Assembly: GCA_030726915.1 (NCBI GenBank)
Contig: JANRCR010000031.1
Span: 7,672-71,671, forward strand
DNA from: Candidatus Nanopelagicales bacterium
GTDB lineage: Bacteria; Actinomycetota; Actinomycetes; S36-B12
DNA: 64,000 bases
Reading direction: 5' to 3'
The notes beneath the pieces are model-generated. The model saw only the letters and a list, made by a program, of their open reading frames with translations, was not told the DNA's origin and ran no database searches. The translations under genes were made by a program, and so were the position numbers. This document shows positions 20,166 to 27,583 of this stretch, piece by piece. Position 1 is the stretch's first letter, and every line of letters starts with the position of its first letter.

Positions 20166-20960
20166 GTGAAGTCGTCGAGGGTTGTGGTGCTAGCGCTCTC
20201 GGCCACGTTGTTTTTTTGTCTTGCTCTTGCGATCTCATTCGCGTGGGGTGCGTTGGTCGTGAGACACGAGATCTTTCCTTACCAGGCCCTCGAGGCAGTT
20301 CCAGTTTTTGCTCTCGAAAGTGAGAAGGACCAAGCGGGCGTTTCTGCTGCTGATAGGTACTGGGCTCAGAAAGTTATTGATGGGGGATACATCCTTCATT
20401 TCAGGCATGCGCAGCGTGAGAAGTGGAACGACGTTGCGGCATTTGACGCCTATGACCTGCTCCGGGGGAGTGGATCTGCCGCAGAGTCGTATGCGAAAGC
20501 CGTGTGTCTGACTGAGCAGGGAGTGGAGGAGAGCCGACTGATTGGCAGCGTCTTCCGGCTGCTGAATGTCAAGGTGGCGCGAGTCATAGCCTCACCGTCC
20601 TGTCGGGCAAAGGAGACGGCGCAGTATGCGTTCGGGCGGATTGACGGAATCGACAACTCGCTCCTTCATCGCACGGCGATTCCTCCGGAGCAGTGGGATG
20701 GCTTTGCCGCGCAACTGAGAAGCTTGATTCTGTCCATCGATGTCCAGCCGGGCACGAACGTCGTGCTGTCGGGTCATGGTAGAACGCTAGGTGACGATGG
20801 CGATCGTGTCATTGATGTAGACGAGACACAGGACGTTGATGGGCGAGATGAAACTGGGTTTGTCGTACTCGAAAGGGTTGAGGGCAAGGTCATCGCTCGA
20901 CACAAGTTCACGAGCTTCAAGAATTTCGTGAATGCCATCCTTGAGGTGCCTCTCACGTAG
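20166..20960 (+). CDS. Membrane-anchored histidine phosphatase superfamily protein
   Basis: N-terminal TM segment, FRHA catalytic motif, LTEQG, SP..RA.ETA, SGHG; GGAGG 8 nt before GTG; visibly AT-richer than neighbours. Confidence 0.8.
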   Translation: MKSSRVVVLALSATLFFCLALAISFAWGALVVRHEIFPYQALEAVPVFALESEKDQAGVSAADRYWAQKVIDGGYILHFRHAQREKWNDVAAFDAYDLLRGSGSAAESYAKAVCLTEQGVEESRLIGSVFRLLNVKVARVIASPSCRAKETAQYAFGRIDGIDNSLLHRTAIPPEQWDGFAAQLRSLILSIDVQPGTNVVLSGHGRTLGDDGDRVIDVDETQDVDGRDETGFVVLERVEGKVIARHKFTSFKNFVNAILEVPLT

Positions 20961-20980
20961 GTGAAGGCACATCGCGTTGT

Positions 20981-21140
20981 CATCCGGGATCACCCTGGCA
21001 GAACGAGTTCGTTGAATCGTTCAACAGCACGTTCCGTTATGAGCTCTTCGTCATCGAGATGTTGCACAGCCTTCGTGAGGCCAAGATGATGTCCGAGGAC
21101 TATCGGCAGCACCACAGCAAGGTCCGGTCCCCAGATGCGC
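20981..21140 (+). pseudogene. IS3-family transposase (integrase core C-terminus) remnant
   Basis: Translates HPGSPWQNEFVESFNSTFRYELFVIEMLHSLREAKMMSEDYRQHHSKVRS, matching the PGSPWQNGxxESFNxxLRDELL...L.EA......R..YN..R consensus; no start or N-terminal part. Confidence 0.82.
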
Positions 21141-21184
21141 GCATAACGAGGCCATTGTTTGCGGCCCGCACCTATCTTCTTCAC

Positions 21185-21312
21185 CGTTCTTCGGGAGATT
21201 TTGCGAGGAAAACTCACTCGAATTCCCGAAGAACGCAGACTCCCGAAGAATCCGGACCCCCGGGGAACCCGAATTCCCGAAGAACCCGGGAAACCCGGAC
21301 TCCCGGGGAACC
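21185..21312. repeat. 17-bp-period tandem repeat (5.5 units) with an inverted upstream copy
   Basis: Units cgaattcccgaagaacg, cagactcccgaagaatc, cggacccccggggaacc, cgaattcccgaagaacc, half unit, cggactcccggggaacc (21219-21312); inverted cgttcttcgggagatt at 21185. Confidence 0.85.
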
Positions 21313-21321
21313 GTGAAGAGG

Positions 21322-21933
21322 TCAGGGCGTGAAGAGGTTGTCCAGGGTCTGGGTCAGGCGACCGGGGGCCGCGACGATGTCCAGGGGCAGGCCGAGACGA
21401 TCGGCGGCCCGCTGCGCTGCCCGCTCCAGGTCGGGCGTCCGCCGTCCCGCCAGCCACACCACTCGCGAGTAGTGCCGGAAGTAGTCATCGAGCAACTCCG
21501 GATGGCGATCCAGTCCGAGTTCGCGCCAGACCAGCCGATCAAAGGACAGCACGAGGAAGTCAGTCAGCACGTAGGTGCCCGGCTCGGCGTCCCAGATCGC
21601 TGTCATCTCGGACTCGCCGGCGTACACGTCGTAGCAGTGTCGACCGGGCAGTCGTCGTACGCCGAGCCGGTCACACACCTCATCCAGGGCGCCGTAGGTG
21701 CCGCAATCCGCGTAACCGATCGCGATCTCGTCGTAGGTGCCGCGCAATGTCGTGATCACCCGCTCCACCTCAGCCGCGATGCGTTCGGGCCGGTTGTGCA
21801 GAAGCGGTGGCAGCGGATGGATCGCCACCTCGACACCAGATTCCGCAATCCACGCGGAAGCATCTGCGCTCAGTGCACCACACAGGATGAGGGCCCGCCG
21901 TGGCTGGGCGCTATCAGGGGAAGGCGAGCTCAT
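21322..21933 (-). CDS. DUF1638 domain protein
   Basis: ILCGAL, LLHNRPERI, YADCGT.G, HCYD, GTY.LTDFL motifs; ATG at 21933 overlaps the upstream gene end (ORF-track start 22494 is over-extended). Confidence 0.82.
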   Translation of the reverse strand: MSSPSPDSAQPRRALILCGALSADASAWIAESGVEVAIHPLPPLLHNRPERIAAEVERVITTLRGTYDEIAIGYADCGTYGALDEVCDRLGVRRLPGRHCYDVYAGESEMTAIWDAEPGTYVLTDFLVLSFDRLVWRELGLDRHPELLDDYFRHYSRVVWLAGRRTPDLERAAQRAADRLGLPLDIVAAPGRLTQTLDNLFTP

Positions 21934-23773
21934 CGACGAACCGGTCGTTGAAGTCGGTGCGATCAGAGAGCTCGACGTAATGAATTTCGTCCAGGAGGGC
22001 GGTGGCACCGTGGCGCTCGGGGTCGGACAGCAGCGCCATTTTGGCTCCCTCGCCCGCGACGTTGCCCGCGCTGATGATGCGCAGCGCGGGGATCTGCGGC
22101 ACGAGCCCGATCGTGATGGCGCTCGTCGCGGATAGGTAGGTGCCGAAGGATCCGGCCAGCAGCACCTGCTGGATCTCGGACTCATCGACGCCGAACTCCT
22201 CGAGGAGCAACTTCCACCCGGTCGAAATGGCGGCCTTGGCGAATTGCAACTCCCGCACATCGCGTTGACTGAGCACAACGTCGGACCCATTACCGGATTC
22301 ATCCGAGGTAGCGAGGATGAACAATCTCTCGCCATCGCGCTCGACAAAGCGCTCTGCCAGATCCGGGCGCAACTCCTGGACGCGTTCCTGGGCCAGGAAG
22401 CGACCGGTTTGGTCAAGGAGTCCCACGCGAGAGAGTTCAGCGATGGCGTCCACGAGACCGGAGCCGCAAAGCCCGACGGGAGCGGCATCGTCAATCACCT
22501 GGAGCCTCAGTCCCTCGTCGGTGATGGCGACGACCTCGATGGCGCCTGAAGCCGCTCGCATGCCGCAGCGGATGGATGCCGCCTCGAATGCAGGCCCGGC
22601 CGGGGCAGCCGTCGCGACCAGCCGTTCGCCGTTGCCGAGCACGATCTCGCAATTGGTCCCGATATCGATGAAGAGGCGCAACCGCTTGTCGCGGTCCATA
22701 CCGGATGCCAGGATGCCGGCGATGATGTCGCCACCCACGTAGGCGCCCAGATGGGGAAAGACCATGGCCGGTGCCTGCGGGTGAATGTGCACGCCCAGAT
22801 CAGCCGCGAGCAGTCCTTCGTACGACGCCGTGGCCAGGATGAAGGGTGCGACACCGAGCGGCTCGGGGTCGATCCCCAGGGCGAGTTGGACCATCGTGGC
22901 ATTGCCCGCGAGTGCTACCTCATAGACCGACTCCCGTGAGATACCGGCCTGTGCACACACATCCCCGGTCAGCTCGTCGAGCGTGGCATGCGCCAAGGCG
23001 CTCAATCGGCCGAGCGAATCAGGATCCAGCATTGTCGAGCTGATCCGGCTGATGACATCCGCGCCGAAGGGCTGCTGCTGGTTGAGCATGGACGCGACGG
23101 CAATGGGTGCCCCCGTGGTGAGGTCCATGAGGGTGGCCACCACCGTGGTGGTCCCGAGGTCGTACGCCACTCCGTACGACACCGACGTCGTATCTCCTGG
23201 TTCGAGCCCAATGAGGTGAGTGCCGACGATCACGGCCGTCACCTCCCACTGGGCCGCACGCAAGGTGACGCCGAGGGTGCGCAACACGGCGGGATTGACC
23301 TGCACCTCAAGGTCATCAAGTGCGTCGAGGATGCGACGCACATCCGTGCGCTGATCACTCAGCGTCGCGTCCTCAAGTCGCAGGAATCGCTTCTGCACGG
23401 CTGGCCGTAGGATCACCTGACGTCCGACACCCACCGTCGCCGCCTTGGGGCGCGTCGTCAGTTCAGGTATGTCGATTTCGACATCGCGTGTCGCAGTGGC
23501 CATGCAGGCGAGGCGCCAGCCATCGGCGAGTTGTTCGGCGCTGAGAGCTCGCTCATCAAGCGGGGAGATCGGCGTATCCGCATCCACGAAGCGGACCTTG
23601 CACTTCTTGCAGGTGCCGTGTCCACCACAGGTGGAGTCGATGGGCACGCCGTTCCACAGGGCGGCATCGAAAACGCTGACACCACCCGGCACGCGCACGG
23701 ATTTGCCCGAGGGCTGGAACTTCAGGCTGATGCGCGATGGGCCAGTCTGCTCCTCGCCCGCGGTCTGGCTCAT
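21914..23773 (-). CDS. ASKHA-domain reductive activator of corrinoid proteins (RACo/RamA-like, DUF4445) with N-terminal 2Fe-2S ferredoxin
   Basis: CGGHGTCKKC...RLAC, DLGTTT, GADVISR, YVGGD, DIGTN.E, AGPAFE, G.CGSG, LAGSFG, GN; ATGA overlap at 23770-23773. Confidence 0.92.
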   Translation of the reverse strand: MSQTAGEEQTGPSRISLKFQPSGKSVRVPGGVSVFDAALWNGVPIDSTCGGHGTCKKCKVRFVDADTPISPLDERALSAEQLADGWRLACMATATRDVEIDIPELTTRPKAATVGVGRQVILRPAVQKRFLRLEDATLSDQRTDVRRILDALDDLEVQVNPAVLRTLGVTLRAAQWEVTAVIVGTHLIGLEPGDTTSVSYGVAYDLGTTTVVATLMDLTTGAPIAVASMLNQQQPFGADVISRISSTMLDPDSLGRLSALAHATLDELTGDVCAQAGISRESVYEVALAGNATMVQLALGIDPEPLGVAPFILATASYEGLLAADLGVHIHPQAPAMVFPHLGAYVGGDIIAGILASGMDRDKRLRLFIDIGTNCEIVLGNGERLVATAAPAGPAFEAASIRCGMRAASGAIEVVAITDEGLRLQVIDDAAPVGLCGSGLVDAIAELSRVGLLDQTGRFLAQERVQELRPDLAERFVERDGERLFILATSDESGNGSDVVLSQRDVRELQFAKAAISTGWKLLLEEFGVDESEIQQVLLAGSFGTYLSATSAITIGLVPQIPALRIISAGNVAGEGAKMALLSDPERHGATALLDEIHYVELSDRTDFNDRFVDELAFP

Positions 23774-24633
23774 CCGGTCGCGGCCGCCTGCTTGGCGCGA
23801 TGCGCGGCAATCCAGGTCGCGCCCCATTCGTCATTGCCCATCATGAGATCGGCGGCCTTGACCGCGGTGATGATGTGCGTCGTACGAGCGTCCATGATGG
23901 CGCTGGTCAGGCCTGCGTGCATGGCCATGGGGATGAAGACAGCGTTGAGAGTGTGGCGATCAGGCATGCCGAAGGACACATTGGATGCGCCGAGTGTGGT
24001 GTTGACGCCGATCTCGGTGGAGATGAGGTGGATTGCCTCCATCGTCTTCATGGCGAGCGTGTGGTCGGCTCCGATCGGCATGGCGAGCGGGTCCACGACG
24101 ATGTCCTCGATGGGGATGCCGTACTCATCCGTGGCGATGCCGACCAGGCGCTTGGCGAGCTCAAGCCGGCGGTGGGGATCCTCCGGGATGGCCTCTTCAT
24201 CGTTGGGGAGCGCGATGACAGCAGCGCCGTACCTCTTGACGAGCGGAAGGATGAGGTCGAGTCGCTCTCGCTCCATCGTGACCGAGTTGACGAGTGCCTT
24301 GCCCTCGTAGGCCGCCAGCCCGGATTCCAGTGCCTCGACGATGGAGGAGTCGATGCACAGGGGGACGTCGGTGATGGACTGCACGAGTCGCACCGCGTCG
24401 CCGAGCAGCTTGACCTCGTCGATGAGCGGAGCTCCCATGTTGACATCAAGCATCATGGCGCCGCCCGCGATCTGATCCGCGACGTCGATCTCGACGGCGG
24501 AGAGGTCCTCGACGCGAAGTTGCTCCTGGAACTTCTTGCGCCCCGTCGGGTTGATGCGCTCGCCGATGATGCAGAACGGCTGATCGGGCCCGATGGTCAC
24601 GCTGGAGCGCGCCGAGCTGAGGACGGTGTGCAT
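23770..24633 (-). CDS. Pterin-binding methyltransferase (methylcorrinoid:THF methyltransferase, MtgA/AcsE/MetH-folate-domain-like)
   Basis: IIGERINPTGRK, LDVNMG, LCIDSS, LVNSV, DPL, GASNVSFGMP.R; ATG 24633 with GGAG RBS. Confidence 0.9.
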   Translation of the reverse strand: MHTVLSSARSSVTIGPDQPFCIIGERINPTGRKKFQEQLRVEDLSAVEIDVADQIAGGAMMLDVNMGAPLIDEVKLLGDAVRLVQSITDVPLCIDSSIVEALESGLAAYEGKALVNSVTMERERLDLILPLVKRYGAAVIALPNDEEAIPEDPHRRLELAKRLVGIATDEYGIPIEDIVVDPLAMPIGADHTLAMKTMEAIHLISTEIGVNTTLGASNVSFGMPDRHTLNAVFIPMAMHAGLTSAIMDARTTHIITAVKAADLMMGNDEWGATWIAAHRAKQAAATG

Positions 24634-24640
24634 GGCTCTC

Positions 24641-25588
24641 CTAGTGCGAAGTGGTCCCGGAGGCGGTCGCCACCGGGTCGAAAGCGGGGCCGATTCCCAG
24701 ATCGCGGACGAGTCGCTCAAGCGATCCGTCATGGCGAAAATCGGTGAGGTGGATCCCTGATACTCCGGGGAGGGACAGGGCGTGGCGACTGATATCGAGA
24801 GTCAGTTGGTAGGACGCTTCCGCAATGGCTTCCTTGTCTCCGGCGCCTGCCACACTCGCAATCACATCGACAGGAATCGAAATCCCCGGCACGGCGTCAT
24901 CCATGAAGGACAGCGCCTTGGCGGACTTCGTGAGCACGACCGTGGGGAGGAGTGCCGTGGTGCGGGTGACACCCACCTCCACGCAGCCACGGACGAAGGC
25001 CTCGAGGCGCTCGGGGTAGTAGCCGATTTGCAGTTGCAGGAATCGAGCGCCAGCCTCGGCCTTTTTGAGTGCGCGTTGAACGCGGTAGTCCAGGGGCGGC
25101 GCAAAGGGATTCTCGACGGCACCGACAAAGAGGGTGGGCGGTTGTTTGATTGCGCGGCCGGAGAGGTAGTGGCCCTCCCCGAGGCCCGCCGCTACCTTGA
25201 TCAACTGGGTGCTGTCGAGATCGAAGACGCGCCGTGCCTCCGGCTCATCACCTGCGGTCACATCATCACCGGTCAGGCACGCGATGTTTTCGACGCCAAA
25301 GAGGCTGGCACCCACGATGTCTGCCTGCATGGCGATGCGGTTTTTGTCGCGGCAGACGACCTGCATGATCGGCTCAAGGCCAAACTGCGACATGGCGATC
25401 GCGATCGACGTATTGGACGCGTGCGCGTGAGCTGCGGGGTTGTCGGTCGCATTGACAGCGTCGACAAACGGACGGAGCTCATCCGCTGCGCGCTCGATGG
25501 CCTCCAGGCCACCCCCGTCGATGCTGGGAAACTCCGCCGTCACCACCGGCCGGCGGCCCTCGGCGATCAGGGTCGAGAGGCGACTCAT
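24641..25588 (-). CDS. metF: Methylenetetrahydrofolate reductase
   Basis: VTAE.P, NATDN, CRDKNRIAMQ, LTGD, VFDLDS, KKAEAGA.F.Q.Q. Confidence 0.9.
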   Translation of the reverse strand: MSRLSTLIAEGRRPVVTAEFPSIDGGGLEAIERAADELRPFVDAVNATDNPAAHAHASNTSIAIAMSQFGLEPIMQVVCRDKNRIAMQADIVGASLFGVENIACLTGDDVTAGDEPEARRVFDLDSTQLIKVAAGLGEGHYLSGRAIKQPPTLFVGAVENPFAPPLDYRVQRALKKAEAGARFLQLQIGYYPERLEAFVRGCVEVGVTRTTALLPTVVLTKSAKALSFMDDAVPGISIPVDVIASVAGAGDKEAIAEASYQLTLDISRHALSLPGVSGIHLTDFRHDGSLERLVRDLGIGPAFDPVATASGTTSH

Positions 25589-26034
25589 GAGTGGAATCCC
25601 TCGGGCAGGCTGGTTGGGTCATCGATCTCCACCATCGACGCGCCCGGGACGGCGGAGTGGGCATCGTGTGCCGCGCCCTGCCATCCCCGGGGGGTGCGCT
25701 GATCGCGCTTGGTGACGAAGTTGACCCAGGATGACGTGCCCTGCAGTCGGTTATCGACGGGTGGGCGGAGGTCGTTGAACTCCTCCTCCCAGTGACGGGG
25801 CATCGCGGGTGAATGACTGCGGTGTTCGGCGGTGACCCACACGCATCTCATGTCGGGCTTGACCTCGCAGTTGCCGTTCTCGCGCACCCCTCCGCACGGC
25901 CCGTTCCGCAGTGTCTTGGGGCACGTCATGGGGCAGGTCATACCGGTGGAATGCAGGACGCATTGACCGCACATGCGGCAGTCCCACACCGGCTTCTTGA
26001 CGGCATGCTCGATGAGGGGGAGGAGCTTGGGCAT
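25585..26034 (-). CDS. MetV-like (MTHFR C-terminal domain) Cys-rich protein
   Basis: C-x2-CGQC...CPMTCPK.LRNGPCGG...C...CVW with 8 Cys; ATGA overlap with metF. Confidence 0.87.
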   Translation of the reverse strand: MPKLLPLIEHAVKKPVWDCRMCGQCVLHSTGMTCPMTCPKTLRNGPCGGVRENGNCEVKPDMRCVWVTAEHRSHSPAMPRHWEEEFNDLRPPVDNRLQGTSSWVNFVTKRDQRTPRGWQGAAHDAHSAVPGASMVEIDDPTSLPEGFHS

Positions 26035-26036
26035 AC

Positions 26037-26693
26037 TCAGCCGGCTCGCTTTGCCGCGACGTACTCCTTGGCCTTGCGCACGGCTGTGGCGGCATCGGCG
26101 GCATAGCCGTCTGCTCCACAGACGTCGGCGTACTCCTGGGTGACGGGTGCGCCCCCGACCATGATGACAACCTTGTCGCGCAGGCCAGCCTTTTCGATCG
26201 CATTGATGTTTGCCTTGAACATCGGCATGGTTGTCGTGAGGAAGGCAGACATGCCCACAACGTCTGGCTCGTGCTCTTCGATCGCGGCAACAAACTTCTC
26301 CGGCGGCACCTGGACCCCAAGATCGATCACGGTGAAGCCAGCACCCTCGAGCATGATGTTGACAAGGTTCTTGCCGATGTCGTGTACGTCGCCCTTGACG
26401 GTGCCCATCAGGAAGGTGCCGACGCTTTCGATGCCATCCGCGGCGAGGAGGGGACGGAGCAGGTCAAGTGCCCCCGCCATGGCCTTGCCCGCCACGAGCA
26501 TCTCCGGGACGAACCAGTCGCCGCGCTCGAATCGTGCGCCGACCTCCTCGAGTGACGGTATGAGTGCCTCGAAGAGCATGCGCTCCGGTGGGAGACCGGA
26601 GTCGATCCCCGACTGGGTGAGTTCCAAGACGGCTGGTTTGTTGCCCACCATCGTCTCGTCGTAGAGGCCCTTGAGGATCTCGTCGGGAGTCAT
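26037..26693 (-). CDS. Corrinoid (B12-binding) methyl-carrier protein (MttC/MtgC-like)
   Basis: Cap domain FVPEML.AG.AM; GTVKGDVHDIGKNLV (DxHxxG), MSA.LTTTM, MVGGAP. Confidence 0.94.
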   Translation of the reverse strand: MTPDEILKGLYDETMVGNKPAVLELTQSGIDSGLPPERMLFEALIPSLEEVGARFERGDWFVPEMLVAGKAMAGALDLLRPLLAADGIESVGTFLMGTVKGDVHDIGKNLVNIMLEGAGFTVIDLGVQVPPEKFVAAIEEHEPDVVGMSAFLTTTMPMFKANINAIEKAGLRDKVVIMVGGAPVTQEYADVCGADGYAADAATAVRKAKEYVAAKRAG

Positions 26694-27466
26694 GCGGCTC
26701 CAATCTTTCGTGACGGGTCGGATCGGTCGGGTCTGAGGGCGGTGCCGATGTCTTCTGCGGCATCACGGACGGTGCGGGCGATCCCGGGAAGGTGCGCGGG
26801 TGTGAGGCGCATACTCGGCCCAGAGACGGCCACGGCTGCCACCACGGTGCCATCAGCGGAGGAAATGGGCGCGGCCACGGCGACCAGTCCGGGCTCTAGC
26901 TCGGAGTCCACGATGGCAACTCCTTCTTCGCGGACGCGGTCGAGCACTCGGCCGAGTTCCGCGCGAGAGGTGATGGTCCGATCGGTGAGGCGCGGTAGGC
27001 GACCGGCGGGGAGCGGAGTGCCATGTGCCAAAAAGACGCGACCGAGTGCGCTGCAGTGAAAGGGCACCGGTCGGTCGAGCCAGTTGACCGCACCGAGGAG
27101 GTAGGCCGAATCCACCTGGGCGATCTGGCGCACCTCACCAGCCAGGGGCACGGCAAGATTGACCGTCTCGCCTGTCCGAGCACCGAGTGCATCGAGATAC
27201 GGCTGCGCGAGGCGCAGGAGATCGTCCTCTGGCCGTAAGGACAGGGCATAGTCGGTGATCTGCGTGCCCGGCTGCCACGCACCCGTCCCCGTGCGCTGCA
27301 GCAGGCCGTTGCGCTCCAGGCTTGTCGTCAGTCTCGACAGGGTGCTCTTGGGTAGGCGAGTTGTCCCGGCGAGGTCGGCAAAACTCACCGGTTCGGTGGA
27401 CCCGAGGACGGCCAGCAGCACGGCGGCGGCGCGATCCACCGCCTGAGTGCCGACCGGTCCTGCCAC
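26690..27466 (-). CDS. IclR family transcriptional regulator
   Basis: QAVDRA..VL, LPKSTLSRL HTH, GETVNL, SALGRVFLA, E.EPG..AVAAP. Confidence 0.92.
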   Translation of the reverse strand: MAGPVGTQAVDRAAAVLLAVLGSTEPVSFADLAGTTRLPKSTLSRLTTSLERNGLLQRTGTGAWQPGTQITDYALSLRPEDDLLRLAQPYLDALGARTGETVNLAVPLAGEVRQIAQVDSAYLLGAVNWLDRPVPFHCSALGRVFLAHGTPLPAGRLPRLTDRTITSRAELGRVLDRVREEGVAIVDSELEPGLVAVAAPISSADGTVVAAVAVSGPSMRLTPAHLPGIARTVRDAAEDIGTALRPDRSDPSRKIGAA

Positions 27467-27498
27467 CTGCCCCCACCGCCCTCATCGCATCCGATAAA

Positions 27499-27536
27499 AG
27501 TTCCACCATATGGAACTCTACTTCCAATTATGGAGT
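27499..27536. promoter_or_regulatory. Putative IclR operators between the divergent iclR and mttB-like genes
   Basis: Perfect AGTTCCA-N5-TGGAACT palindrome (27499-27517) plus a degenerate TTCCA-N4-TGGAG copy (27522-27535) in an AT-rich intergenic region. Confidence 0.65.
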
Positions 27537-27583
27537 GTAGGATCATCAGACAAACCGGTCAAGGCCACATTCAGGGAGATCCC

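Noticed and set aside
21219-21312. CRISPR array
   Set aside because: The units are contiguous 17-mers without unique spacers and there are no cas genes
20990-21457. 155-aa minus ORF and 85-aa plus ORF (21059-21316)
   Set aside because: Read-throughs of the IS3 remnant and the 17-bp repeats, not independent genes
27467-27583. Cobalamin riboswitch for the corrinoid operon
   Set aside because: The region is short, has no B12-box-like sequence, and is explained by operator palindromes
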